Below are positions 1 to 45,460 of a DNA stretch of 64,000 bases, piece after piece (position 1 is the stretch's first letter; every line of letters starts with the position of its first letter). Both the position numbers and the translations under genes were made by a program. A model generated the notes under the pieces. That model saw only the letters and a program-made list of their open reading frames with translations, was not told where the DNA came from and ran no database searches. This DNA comes from Aplysia californica (taxonomy: Eukaryota), in the NCBI RefSeq assembly GCF_000002075.1, contig NW_004797915.1:146815-210814 (forward strand), given 5' to 3'.

Positions 1-56
<56 letters not shown>

Positions 57-78
57 TCCCTCTGTCTGTCTGTCTGTC
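1..78. repeat. (ACAG)n microsatellite followed by inverted (TCTG)n
   Basis: ACAG run at 1-55 and TCTG run at 61-78. Confidence 0.9.
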
Positions 79-1289
79 AGCCTGGGTTGCCCCCCCCCCA
101 ATAGAGAGAGTCGAAACAGCCCGCCCCCTAAATGATTTAAATTATTTTGCTGGGACGGTTTAAAACCTACAGTTAAAATTACGATTTTTAGAAGTCTTAC
201 TTTCATGTCTTTTCCTGATTGAAGCCATAATGATTTTTTGTTTTGTTGGATTAATTAATCTTTTAAATCTTTGTCAGGACACCTACCCCGCTATTTACAT
301 GACTATGGCGTCGCTTGTTCAGTTATATTAATCCCCAAATTTTGTTGGTTTCTTTTAACTACAATTTTTTAACCTGTGGTATAGGATAGGCCTACATAGT
401 ACATGTCCCTGAGATAGATTTTGTCGAAATTCAAATTCTAAATGATTTTTTTAAACCAGAGAAATTACATATCTGGGTAAAAATTTCAATAGAATGATTA
501 AAAATTCAAAACATTTTTTTTTTCTGAACAACAAGAACATTTCTGGGCTGAAAAACAATTGAGCTGCTTGCAACCGGCAAGTGGGAGACCTCGTTGTACA
601 GCGTGGAATGTCGTGCTGGGTTTGCGTGGGTTCGGCTGATGTCTGGCTTGAGCAATTACATTCATAGGCATAGCTTTGAAAGAAAATTGCACCTCCCATC
701 GATATCTAACGAAACCAGAAGAGGGTAAAGTGAGAAAGTAAAAGTAATAGTAATGGTTGTAGTCCATTACAAGATAACCACATTCTCCACAGACTGCGGT
801 TTTAGTTTTCGTAACAGTTTTTTAAATAGTTTTAGTAAGTGTTTTACGGCACTTGCAATTGCAACACAATAAGATCATATAAGTGCCGAAGATTAGAGGT
901 GTTACAAGAGAGTAACAAAACACAAAAACGGAGGAGAGATCAGGACGATAGATGTTTGATAGGAAAGAAGAAGCAAACCACACGAGAGCACCCGCCAACC
1001 ACCCACATAGACTGCAGTTCGCATGTGTAATGACAAGACTGAGAAAGGAAAGAGGTGAAATGATACCAACTAAAACTATCACAGTCCGGATTCACTCAAA
1101 CGAATACACACACCAAGAACACACAAACACACACATACACAATAACATAACCAGTTTTCCACAGACAATAAAACAAACACAGCAAACTAGTCAGCCAGAA
1201 GTAGTCATGATAACTTTATTAAAACATATATCTTCATCATTGAATCATCAACTCATGAAACCACGTCTGATACATCGTAATACACATGC

Positions 1290-4200
1290 ATGTATGTATG
1301 TCATCTTAAGTTTTATTCAAAAATGGTGCATCCAGAATACTTTTATTTCTGCCTTGATGTTTCCATGCATATTACAGTAGTAGATGTATGTATGTATCTG
1401 AAAGGATGGAACCCACACAGAGCAAACCATGGGTCCACATGATAATTCACAATGGTCAACCATAAAGTACAAGAGTCTTCTCACATGCGTACCCAGCACA
1501 AGAGATGGTAAATGTACCTTATATTTACTACTTGTCTTCACCTTCGGCCCTTACTTCATCAACGGTCACCCTTCCTCCCCGCGATCAGCTCTCATTGACA
1601 AGTTCCTAAACATTCCAATATAATAAGCTTTCCACAGCAGAAAACCACGCACCATCAATATATGACAAGCTCTACTTGAAATTAGAATTAGACCACAATA
1701 TTTAACTATTCCACATCTCAGATGTGTTTTTTTTCTATTTTATCATAAATAACATATATATACACTGTATATTCATTTCTTTGTTCTTATCAATAAACAA
1801 ACCCCTATGGTTTTCTCTCTTTGTGTAAACTGTAACTTCAAAAGTTGAACAACATCACGAGGTTACTCTACTCTGTGTAGTTGTAACAAACAAACACTAA
1901 GATTACATATACGGCCTACTTTGGAAAAAAAAATCTACAGCAAAATCCCCACCCCCCCAAAAAAAAATTTTTTTTAATCACAATTTCTGTAGGTGACAAG
2001 AGAAAATCTTGAATGCCAGAAAGCTAATTTTCTTTAAGTGCAATTCATTCTATTCTATAATAACTACAATTTGTCTGTAGGTGACAAGAGCATATCTTGA
2101 ACGCCAAAGTCGAAGTCAAAGATGATTTTATTGAATGTTTTTAACAAACCATTTCTTTTCCTAAGTGCAACAGCAATTCATTCTAAAATCAACTACAGCG
2201 GGTCATAGATGTCAGACCCCGTTTTTCCTAAGGACAACATGGGCAACCAAACATTGACGGAAACTTTACAGAAGCTTAAAAACTGTCTCCAAATTTCAAC
2301 TCATCCTTCATAAGAACAAAAAGTGTCATCATTTTGATGTCAAGACAACGTAACTACCACAGGGTGCAGCATCCCACGATCCTATTGTCCACTAAAAATT
2401 CTTGTGTTGTAATTAACCCTATCCGTACGTCGGGTTTTACTATCGTATCCATACAACGTGGGGAACTCTGTGCCACCACTTTCCAAAGAGGAAATTTACT
2501 CGTTAATTCGATCCCTACGCTTTGCATAGCAGTCTGTCAAAATTATTTTTTGAGAAATACTGAAAGTTTCAAAGAGATCTTTGAACTCGAAGTATTCTAA
2601 AATGTGAAGAATACAACCCCGTGGGTACAAAATGACCCCAGGCGTACAGACAGGGTTAATTAATCATTAGTTCACTAAAAATTCTAAAAATAAATTCAAT
2701 TCTCAACTATACACACAGCTGGTCGGCTGGCAGGTGCTCTGGTGTGGTTTGCTCCTTCTTTCCCATCATACAATAATAATATAATCCTTATCGCTCCTCC
2801 TCCTCCTTTTCTTTGTAAGTTACTCTCTAGCATTAACTCTAATCTTCGGCACTTATATAGAACCTATTTGTGTTGCAAGTGCCATTCAACTTTTACTAAA
2901 TCTTTTTAAAAAATAACAATAAAAATAAAATTCATTTACACTTACACGACTGAAAACTGTCCCCACAAGTACAAAAATGAAAACAGGTCATCAAGAAATC
3001 TGCTCAAGGCAGAGCAAAGAGAATGAATTCATTAAAAGTAGAAGAGGCAATAAATAGTACCGGAGGGAGAGACAGAAGCACAAAGCTACAACCACTGTTA
3101 TTCACTATACTAGGGCAGTATTGTATACAGACGTATCTCAAAGGTCGCCTAAAATGACTGTACCCAATACTGCCCGCGTATAGCACAATGCGACGTGCTT
3201 CTCAAACTGAAATAGCCCTCAACAACTCAACACCGCCTCATTGCTCCTCTCAGCAACTCATCAATGTGAATGTTTGCACAGNNNNNNNNNNNNNNNNNNN
3301 NNNNNNNNNNNNNNNNNNNNNNNNNNNNNNNNNNNNNNNNNNNNNNNNNNNNNNNNNNNNNNNNNNNNNNNNNNNNNNNNNATGTATGTATGTCATCTTA
3401 AGTTTTATTCAAAAATGGTGCATCCAGAATACTTTTATTTCTGCCTTGATGTTTCCATGCATATTACAGTAGTAGATGTATGTATGTATCTGAAAGGATG
3501 GAACCCACACAGAGCAAACCATGGGTCCACATGATAATTCACAATGGTCAACCATAAAGTACAAGAGTCTTCTCACATGCGTACCCAGCACAAGAGATGG
3601 TAAATGTACCTTATATTTACTACTTGTCTTCACCTTCGGCCCTTACTTCATCAACGGTCACCCTTCCTCCCCGCGATCAGCTCTCATTGACAAGTTCCTA
3701 AACATTCCAATATAATAAGCTTTCCACAGCAGAAAACCACGCACCATCAATATATGACAAGCTCTACTTGAAATTAGAATTAGACCACAATATTTAACTA
3801 TTCCACATCTCAGATGTGTTTTTTTTCTATTTTATCATAAATAACATATATATACACTGTATATTCATTTCTTTGTTCTTATCAATAAACAAACCCCTAT
3901 GGTTTTCTCTCTTTGTGTAAACTGTAACTTCAAAAGTTGAACAACATCACGAGGTTACTCTACTCTGTGTAGTTGTAACAAACAAACACTAAGATTACAT
4001 ATACGGCCTACTTTGGAAAAAAAAATCTACAGCAAAATCCCCACCCCCCCAAAAAAAAATTTTTTTTAATCACAATTTCTGTAGGTGACAAGAGAAAATC
4101 TTGAATGCCAGAAAGCTAATTTTCTTTAAGTGCAATTCATTCTATTCTATAATAACTACAATTTGTCTGTAGGTGACAAGAGCATATCTTGAACGCCAAA

Positions 4201-5380
4201 GTCGAAGTCAAAGATGATTTTATTGAATGTTTTTAACAAACCATTTCTTTTCCTAAGTGCAACAGCAATTCATTCTAAAATCAACTACAGCGGGTCATAG
4301 ATGTCAGACCCCGTTTTTCCTAAGGACAACATGGGCAACCAAACATTGACGGAAACTTTACAGAAGCTTAAAAACTGTCTCCAAATTTCAACTCATCCTT
4401 CATAAGAACAAAAAGTGTCATCATTTTGATGTCAAGACAACGTAACTACCACAGGGTGCAGCATCCCACGATCCTATTGTCCACTAAAAATTCTTGTGTT
4501 GTAATTAACCCTATCCGTACGTCGGGTTTTACTATCGTATCCATACAACGTGGGGAACTCTGTGCCACCACTTTCCAAAGAGGAAATTTACTCGTTAATT
4601 CGATCCCTACGCTTTGCATAGCAGTCTGTCAAAATTATTTTTTGAGAAATACTGAAAGTTTCAAAGAGATCTTTGAACTCGAAGTATTCTAAAATGTGAA
4701 GAATACAACCCCGTGGGTACAAAATGACCCCAGGCGTACAGACAGGGTTAATTAATCATTAGTTCACTAAAAATTCTAAAAATAAATTCAATTCTCAACT
4801 ATACACACAGCTGGTCGGCTGGCAGGTGCTCTGGTGTGGTTTGCTCCTTCTTTCCCATCATACAATAATAATATAATCCTTATCGCTCCTCCTCCTCCTT
4901 TTCTTTGTAAGTTACTCTCTAGCATTAACTCTAATCTTCGGCACTTATATAGAACCTATTTGTGTTGCAAGTGCCATTCAACTTTTACTAAATCTTTTTA
5001 AAAAATAACAATAAAAATAAAATTCATTTACACTTACACAACTGAAAACTGTCCCCACAAGTACAAAAATGAAAACAGGTCATCAAGAAATCTGCTCAAG
5101 GCAGAGCAAAGAGAATGAATTCATTAAAAGTAGAAGAGGCAATAAATAGTACCGGAGGGAGAGACAGAAGCACAAAGCTACAACCACTGTTATTCACTAT
5201 ACTAGGGCAGTATTGTATACAGACGTATCTCAAAGGTCGCCTAAAATGACTTACGTCTGTACGCAATACTGCCCGCGTATAGCACAATGCGACGTGCTTC
5301 TCAAACTGAAATAGCCCTCAACAACTCAACACCGCCTCATTGCTCCTCTCAGCAACTCATCAATGTGAATGTTTGCACAG
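1290..5380. other. 2.0-kb near-identical direct duplication around a 100-N gap (probable assembly or haplotype overlap)
   Basis: 1290-3281 matches 3382-5380 apart from a few SNPs and a 7-bp indel near the end. Confidence 0.85.
2417..2655. mobile_element. piggyBac-type MITE (TTAA TSD)
   Basis: TTAA-CCCTATCCGTACG...CGTACAGACAGGG-TTAA; repeated at 4509-4747 in the duplicated block. Confidence 0.85.
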
Positions 5381-5539
5381 CTCGCAGAAGACAAGTGAAC
5401 TTCTTACTTGCAAAATGAGATCAGACAGATTTTTATAAGATTTTATATTCATATTTCATTATGTAAGCAAAAAAAAGCTGTTGACCATAATTAGCGCTAC
5501 AATCAGTCCCGCGCCTCCTCAAAACTACAACATTTGCTC

Positions 5540-5830
5540 AGACACTTTTCTTCAATATCATACATCGGACACTTTTCTTCCATCTCATACATTGGACACT
5601 TTTCTTCCATCTCATACATCGGACACTTTCCTTCAATCTCTCTCATACATCGGCCACTTTTCTTCAATCCCTCTCATATATTGGACTCTTTTCTTCAATC
5701 TTTCTCACACATCAGACACTTTTCTTCAATATCATACATCGGACACTTTTCCTTCCATCTCATACATCGGACACTTTTCTTCAATATCATACATCTGACA
5801 CTTTTCTTCAATCTCATATATTGGACACTC
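5540..5830. repeat. ~27-31-bp minisatellite
   Basis: About 10 units of GGACACTTTTCTTC(A/C)AT..CATACAT(C/T). Confidence 0.9.
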
Positions 5831-7325
5831 ACATTTCCTCACATCGGCTCCTAACTCTCTCTGACTTCTTCTACTCCACAAACTCCTGCACTTCAGCTCC
5901 ACACACTTCCTCAATTCTAATCCACACACTCCCTTAAGTCTACGCCACACTTTCTTTGACTTCTGCACAACACATCCCATTACTTTTATACCCCACACTC
6001 CCTCACTTATACATCCCTGATTTACATCTCACAGAAATTCTGTCTGTCTGCACCACACTTTCCTTTACTTCTACAATACACATTCCTATTTACCTCTCAC
6101 AAAAATTCTCTATACTGTCTACGCCACACTTTCCCTTACTTCCTGACATTCTCCTCTATACAAACTTGAGGGCTCCACATCACCACACCACACAATAACA
6201 ACTCTCTTAAATGGCAGATTTCTTTGGGTATTTAGGTTTTTTCTTTTATTCTTTTTGACCGTACACCGCATTTGACCGGCAAAATTCTGTCAGAATGCAA
6301 GTTCTTTCTCCGTCTCCCTACGGCCTCTGAGAAGTCTCAGCTTACAACATTTGGGAAAAACAGAAAAGATTCTCGTCCAGTCCCCACAGTATTCAATCCA
6401 CTATCACCAGTCAGTATTCAAACAAATTTCAGTTCCACCACGACCTTAAAATCTCATCAGTAAAAACAACAAAGCATGAGTGAGGCAAGCTATCGCAAAC
6501 TGTCAGACAACTGACCACAACTTCTTCATTAATGTCGTGGTTCATGCAAGACTTTGAAGTAACCCCCACACGCATGGAAATACCTATGGCCAAGCATATA
6601 GCCAGAAAACTTCCAGAAACTTGGTCACTTTTTCGACAAGCACCAAAACTCCCAACTCCAAACCTCACAACAGATAGCAACACAGACTCCGTCCATCACT
6701 TCATCTACACCAAAATCTACTTCTCATCATGCGACCCTCTCTGATGACCAGAAGCAACGTGTTGTTCGGGTCTGAATGAATCAAAGAACTTGATGAGCCG
6801 GTGAAAGAGACACACAAAACAGATCCCCACACGAGTATTCTCAGTCTCTCTAACTCTAACCCTTCCACCACCAACCACTTCCACACCTTAAAGACTCCCA
6901 GGTTGTCGTCACAGAAGTAGACAGAGAAAAAAAGACAGGTTGTAATAGTTGTATGGCATGATTCTAATCACAGAACACATTTGTTGTATCAGTTTCTTCA
7001 GGTCAACACAAAACAAAATCAGGTGATCAACACACATGATTTATCATGATGAAGTACAAAGCACAGCTGATTAAAACCTGTCAATTCTTTGCCATATCGA
7101 CAGACCAAAGGGCTAGAACCCAATGGCCGCTGGATCGGAAAAGTAAAGTTATCATGATGACGTCGGCAGTGTTGGACAAGATGATCAAGTTGGAAACTCC
7201 ACAAGTCCAAAAACTTTCCTCCTATTGCTTTTTCCATTCCACATAAATGAGGAGAACATCTGGCCCTGCTCCACATCTTGGGAGGAACATTTTCTGAGCC
7301 ACGAGCACAGCAACAAAATGTGTCA

Positions 7326-7804
7326 CGATGTGGTGAAACCGGGCGCTCATCAATTTTTGGGCATTGCAGAAATGGATATGCGCTCTATGAATGCAAACCA
7401 TTGTAATTATTATTATTTATGTGGAGTTATTGGCATCATCGGAAAGTTTATTCACTTGTTTTGCTTTCAATGAAAAAAATACCATCTATCTTGAATAGAA
7501 TTTAAGATATCTGTGATTGAAAGAGGTGAGGTCACCTGGTTTCAGTGGCGAAATTAGCTAGAAAATGGTCGCCAAGGTTTGGTAGCGCCAATAGCTAAAG
7601 AGTCCTTGAAAACTGAAAAATGACATACGTTACCCCTTTAACATTTTTCAGTAAAATTCGGATGGAAATTTGTTTTTGTACCAAAATAAAAGGGGTTGAG
7701 CTAAAAAAAAAAAAAAATTTGGTTAAAATTGCCTAACTGGTTGCTGAAAAATGCCAGTTTCTTCACTTTCATTATTTTGACGAGCGCCTGATTTCACCAC
7801 ACTG
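7326..7804. mobile_element. MITE with ~27-bp imperfect TIRs
   Basis: TGTGGTGAAACCGGGCGCTCATCAA (~7330) is the inverted match of TTGACGAGCGCCTGATTTCACCACA (~7777-7801). Confidence 0.6.
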
Positions 7805-8725
7805 CCTCTCAAATGGTCACTATTTTTGTTTTCTTTGTCACCTCAGCAAAAGGTTTCGCCCCCTCCCCATTACAAAAACCTTACACATCTATAATCCATG
7901 CTGGGTGGCCCAGGGGAAAACAAGCTCTGATAGTTCTAGAAAAAACCTATTTTGTTCACCAAACTTGTCAGACTGTGGTTCTGTGGCAAACACCCCTCTG
8001 TATGGTTTGTGCTAGTGTTGAGAGCACAGACTGTGATCCCATCTGCACTATGTGTGTATAACATCTGAACTATGTATGTACGTATACATCTACACAATCA
8101 ATTGCCAGACAAAGGAAAGGAAAAAAAAAAGTTTTCAATATGTACACATGTCTTTAAAAGGGCACATTTAACACACAGACACACATACACAGTTACAAAC
8201 GCACACCCATTCATGTTTGCACGCACACACTCATGCAGGCCAGCACACACACACACACACACAAACACCTCTGTAATGTATTTTGAGACGCACTAAGCAT
8301 AATATCCAGTGTGGAAGACACGACATTTTCACTGTACTCCTGAGCCCCTGAAAGCAAACACCAGTGAGGGCACCCACCCTATCTGTGTGCACATTACAAA
8401 ACAAGGGCTGAAGCCAGCACGCTGGAGAGATCGCTTCCGTCTCTTTGTTTCAGTAATAGTTTTACGGCACTTGCAACACAATAAGGTCATATAAGTGCCC
8501 AAGAGTAGAGGTGTTACAAGACAGTAACAAAAACAAAAAAGGAGGACGAGAGATCAGGACGATAGATCATGTTTGATAGGAAAGAAGGAGCAAACTACGC
8601 CAGAGCACCCGCCAACCACCCACTACAAAACAAGGGCTGAAGCCAGCAAGCTGGAGAGACCGCTTCCGTCTCTCGTCCAACCACTCACATACAACAAGTC
8701 ACTCGCACACACGGTTAACCACAAC

Positions 8726-9037
8726 CAGGGTTCCTGCCATGAACTCCCCGCCAAATTCAAGGTTTCAAGGAGAAATTTGAGTCAAGGAGATTTGGTCCAG
8801 AAATTCATGTTTTCAACGGCGCGCCAAGTGCAATCTGACAAAAATGTTGTTCCGTGTCCGATCCGGCGAAAATAAAGGAGTTTTCTCAAATTCAAGGAGT
8901 TTTCTCAAATTCAAGGAGTTTTCTCAAATTCAAGGAGTTTTCTCAAATTCAAGGAGATTTCAAGGAGATTTTTCCTTGAATGCAAATTCAAGAATTTTCA
9001 GGGGCTCCTTGAACTCAAGGAGGCTGCAGGAACCCTG
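8726..9037. mobile_element. MITE with TIR CAGGGTTCCTGC and 6-bp TSD
   Basis: Perfect 12-bp TIRs, CACAAC on both sides, internal AAATTCAAGGAG repeats. Confidence 0.85.
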
Positions 9038-9899
9038 CACAACTAATCTAGCCATTTCTCTCCTTTATTTCAAAAACTGACATACCACTTGGGGGGGGGG
9101 GGGTGATTTTCTGACAGTGTGACCATTTCTCCCCTCTCCCAATTTGTATATATATGCTATATCAAAAGCATGCATCCCATCTGTGACCAAATTAAGAAAT
9201 CAATTCTTTAAAAAACCTCTAGACCTCGCATCATCATCATATAAGCCATGGGACCCCGCCCACACTTCGCAGTACTGGGAGATAGAGGAACTGCCTTAGA
9301 GAAAAGATTCAACTCACCTTTCATAGAGTCATAGAGGCGGAAGATAGAGAGACTGTCTCAGAGAAAACATTCATCTCACCTCTCAAAGGGTAGAAAACAA
9401 ACAAACCAAGCGGCTACCATTTTAAGAAAACCAAGATACGGTCACCAGTCATCACATGTTCGTTCAAAAAGCCAGAAATGATCCGCTCCACCCACAGAGG
9501 GGGACGGGTGGAGGGCGGGTTGTTAACCTTCCACTAGACCTGCCCATCACAAACACAATAAACACACACAACGCGACACTGTTAGCAACAATCCCGACAC
9601 ATATAACACGCATGCGACACCCACATTACGCGACACAGTCAGCAACAATCCCAACATATATATAACACGCATGCGACACCGAGCACCAATCCCCACACAC
9701 ACTCATCTGTCTGGCTGCTCTACTGTCGCTGGATTTCAACGAGTTAACAAAGCAACCCTTTTCCAAGGCAAAAACATAACAAAAATTTATTTGTAAAAAA
9801 AACCCACAAAAAAACAAACAAGGACGTTTTAACGTAGTTTTCCTTTTCTACACTCTCCATCCAGCCCCTTCCCTGTGCTCAGACCATAGGTGAGGTTAC

Positions 9900-10187
9900 C
9901 AGGGTTCCTGCCTTGAACTCCCCTCCAAATTCAAGGAGATTTCAAGGAGGCATTAAAGGAGAAATTTTAAAAATTCAAGGAGATTTGGTCCAGAAATTCA
10001 TGCCGTTTTCAACGGCGCGCCAAGAGCAATCTGACAAAAATGTTGTTCATGTCCCATCCGGCGAAATTCAAGGAGTTTTCAAGGTGGTTCCTCAAATTCA
10101 AGGAGTTTTCAAGAATATTTTTCCTTGAATGCAAATTCAAAGAGTTTTCAAGGACTCCTCAAATTCAAGGAGGCCGCAGGAACCCTG
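9900..10187. mobile_element. Second copy of the CAGGGTTCCTGC MITE
   Basis: Same TIRs and body; GGTTAC 6-bp TSD. Confidence 0.85.
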
Positions 10188-11228
10188 GGTTACCCTCCGA
10201 CTCGAAGTTTTTGCGTGTCACACTCTCATTGCTCCTGCTACTTTCAACTGTACTCACACAAAGTTCAAATCTACTCAAAACAACTCAACCTGCCACAACA
10301 GAAACGATTACTCAAAAGATTACCCTCATAATGAATACTGATTGTTCAAATTTGTTCATCAATTTTTTTTAATATATAAAAAGGGGGGAGAAAGAAAGAA
10401 TGAAAGAAAATGAAAGAAAGAATAAAAAGAGAAATTTAATTTTTTTTAAAAGAAAAAGTTAAAGAAATATAGACAAAAGAATAAAAAAGGAGGGAATGCA
10501 ATGCCTGAAGAAAAAAAACAACAACACAAAACAACCTAACCATAATGAGACCAGCAGCAAAATCTGTCAGCGCAGCTGATTCTTAAGCGCCACCCATTCA
10601 AAATCTTATCCTTCTCTGAACCCCTGTAAATAGTCCACACTTTTCAAACCTTACGTTGCATAATGGAATTCTATCGGGCCACAAAAACTTTGAGCGCTTT
10701 AACACGACCACAACAGGGGAAAATTTCCAACCCTTTCCCATGGTCTTCGACGTCCTTTCCCATGGTCTTGGTCTTCACTTCCTTCCTCGGCCCAGCCCAG
10801 CCAAGCCAAGCCACGTCCAGCCATTCCCAACCAAGCCCAGCCAAACCCACTCCCCCTACAGTGTGACAGGACTACATAGTGGATGATCCAACAGTCTACA
10901 CACAGAAAGAAATCGCAGGGAGCAGAGAGAACATCATACAAGACCCACAGACTGTTGACTGCTCCATGGTCATCCACAGACTGTAGACTCACACATCCAC
11001 ATCCGTAGACTGAAGACGGATTGATAGACATCCGTAGACTGCTCCGTCGGAATCCACAGACCGCAGACTGTTACATTCACATCCACAGGATACACTCACA
11101 TCCCCCGACAGTCGGCTGATATATCCACATTCGTAGACTGCTTCATGGACACCCACAAACTGCAAACTGATCCATCGACCCCCCCAAAAACGCCTGACTG
11201 CTCCAACTGCCGCCATTCTCCTGCGCCC

Positions 11229-11325
11229 CCAGAGGCTAGTTCACCTCCAGAGGCTAGTCCACCTCCAGAGGCTAGTCCACCTCCAGAGGCTAGTCCACCT
11301 CCAGAGGCTAATCCACCTCCAGAGG

Positions 11326-11340
<15 letters not shown>
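11229..11340. repeat. 18-bp tandem repeat x6 overlapping the USP47 stop codon
   Basis: CCAGAGGCTAGTCCACCT units starting at 11229, 11247, 11265, 11283, 11301 and 11319. Confidence 0.95.
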
Positions 11341-43056
<31,716 letters not shown>

Positions 43057-43346
43057 GGGCACTATTCTACCCAGTCTCACTGACCGAGTACAGTAGTACT
43101 GTATCCTGTTTAAAGGAAATTTTAAACAAACTTAAGTTGTATGCCCCATTTGCCCATGATACCTAATCAAAGTGATAATTTAGCCTGCTTAGCTCTCGGC
43201 CTCACAGTCAAATCACCCAACATGTTAACAAGACAAACGGCCACACCTCTCCTTAAGCTTTGCATCAGGGGAGGTGCTTCTCTCATCTTCTTTTTTTATT
43301 TTTAGGTTAATTTCATGTCTTTAGTTTCTGCCACCCTTCCTAATAT

Positions 43347-43539
43347 GGGGGGCCCATAGACGATGGGATCGGGTCTGGTCGGGTGCGATCGCCCCACTAA
43401 TTGCCTGGAAACAAATGCATTTGTTTTTGAGGCGACAAGTGGGACGCAACCGGCTTGTGCCATGGATAGCCGTTTTGTGCCCTCAATCTGGCTAGCAAAC
43501 CGCCCCGACCCCCCAATAATTAGTAACGGGGCACCCCCG
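43347..43539. mobile_element. MITE with GGG(G/T)GCCCAT-type TIRs; related copy at ~46764-46937
   Basis: Shared body (GCCTG(G/A)AAACA...TTTGTTTTTGAG...GATAGCCG...TGTGCCCTCAAT...GGCTAGC...AACCGCCCCGACC) and GGGCACCCC right ends in both copies. Confidence 0.65.
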
Positions 43540-45307
43540 TAGGCTATTAGAAATGAAACTTCTACTTCTACATCAAGAAATGTAGGCCCCTATGTCAAAA
43601 TCCCTTCCAGCAACAAACTGGTCTACTACATTGAACACTTGCCTGCACTACTGACTACTCCTTTTCGAATCTTGAAAAAAGTGGATCCTTTAACTTAAAC
43701 TTTTGGCCACCTCTATTCTCACCCGGAGTGAGAATTGTGCAGGCGAGTCTTGTGGCTATTCTCACCCGGTGCACGTTCACCAAATTTTGCGTTCACCCTA
43801 AACCACAGAATTCTGCACTGTGATAACAGAAAAATTGTAGAATTCTGTGCCGTGAACAAACGTTCCATTACAACTGTAGCCTACTAAAAGCGTACAATTT
43901 TGTCTGTGGGCAGTGGAGAGAGAGAGAGAAAGAGAGAGAGGAGTAGCACGAGAATTTCCAGGCAAAACAAAATGGCGACCCGCGTAGTTCGGCTCGATTC
44001 GAAAAGTTAAATAGCCGTAGCATCTTTGTAGACAACCAAATTAATTTACTTTTGTGTTTTAACATCATTTTTTAACTTTGTTTTGGTCAATTTGATCGTC
44101 CACACCGATAGACAGTATTCAGAAAGAGACAGAGAGAGAGAGAAGAGGGGAGGAGTTGATCTTGCGAGAACTTCCGGGCAGGTGAGAATAGCCACTTTCT
44201 GAACTTTTTGGGGGAGGAATTGCGTAACGAGCCACCACTATGAAGTAGAATAGAGGGCTAGGGGTAAGGGTAGGGGTAGAGTTTGGGTTAGGGTTAGCGC
44301 TGGGTCTCTTCTTTATTGTGTTTGTTGGGGTGGTCACTAGAGTCTAGTTACGGAAGACATGAAAGCTACCTACAGCGAGGTGACTGGCCCAAATATAATA
44401 TAGATGACGTATTTCTGCGATCTATTTTTGTCGTCTTCCGGGGTTTCCCTCGCCAATTTACTAGATCTAGATCTCGCCGAGGTAAGCCCCCTTTGCCGCT
44501 CAGCGTGCTATGGGCTATGTCACTGGGCGACAACGCCAGGTTGGTTTCATCGCCAACTGCTTGGTGTGCGTCTGTGTGTACAACTTTGTTTGTTTGTTGT
44601 TTTTTTTTATCTTTAGGCCCTAATAAACAATCTCAGCAATTCTCGTTCCATAAATTTAGCTTCTCCTCAGGCTCAAAGTTGTACACACACACATACTCAC
44701 AAGCATGCGTGCACACACAGCCCAAGGAGTCGACGATGAAACCTAGTGATGTAGATGTAGCCCATCATGCACGCGCTGCTAAAGTTAAGCCACAAGCGGC
44801 AAAGCGGGCCCACCACGGCAAGACTTACTCAACTGGCGAGGGTAACCCCGGTAGACGACGCCAATCACAGATGTGTGCTAGGTGCTCACTGAAGCTTCAT
44901 GTTTATGGAAGAACTTTCTTTTTTTTCCTTTTTTTGCTTCTTCACTGCCACTCAGCCTCAGCTGATCTACTGAACAACTCCAACTTCCTTTCCACACTTC
45001 TAACACAGTGCCGCAACACCTAGGGAGTAACATAAATACCCAAGTTCTAAATCTATATCTAAATACACTGTAAAGACGACATAAAACAAAGAAAACGATT
45101 CATAAGATGATCACTGATCCAGTGATGACACTACTGGCGCAATGAGTGACGATGGCGATGTCCACTCCTCCAGCGACAACATTTCATTATTTTCTCGGGA
45201 TATTTAATTTTCTAAAAGTACTGTTGCTCAGGTCAACATTGAAAAGACTGAAAACAGACATCAACGGATTAGAACAAACCATATCAGAGCGGGTAACGTT
45301 TACGTAC

Positions 45308-45460
45308 CGATTCGATCATTAGTTTCAAACTGATATTTCCGTTGTGTTTACTGTCTTTCGGTCGTTGTGCCAAAGAAAAGCTTTGTAATGGCTGCTGATA
45401 AACTCTCGTGAACTCTCGCTTTTCAAGAGAACTTTGCATAAATCACTTCTAACTTCCGGT
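45308..45460 (-). promoter_or_regulatory. USP47: Probable USP47 promoter and non-coding first exon
   Basis: Strong minus-strand donor CG|gtacgt at 45308/45307; ETS-type ACTTCCGG at 45452-45459; YY1-like AATGGCTGC near 45387. The ATG-bearing exon 43105-43033 has its own cag acceptor, so an upstream exon is required. Confidence 0.55.

Noticed and set aside
1290-5380. Apparent 2-kb tandem segmental duplication
   Set aside because: The copies abut a round 100-N gap and differ only by allele-like SNPs and one indel; typical unmerged contig overlap.
5481-5998. SYIGHFSS and HTSDTFL repeat ORFs
   Set aside because: Translations of a minisatellite with variable unit length and no splice support.
44316-45023. 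235-aa plus-strand ORF
   Set aside because: Non-ATG start, low-complexity stretches, no recognisable domain, antisense within USP47 intron 1.
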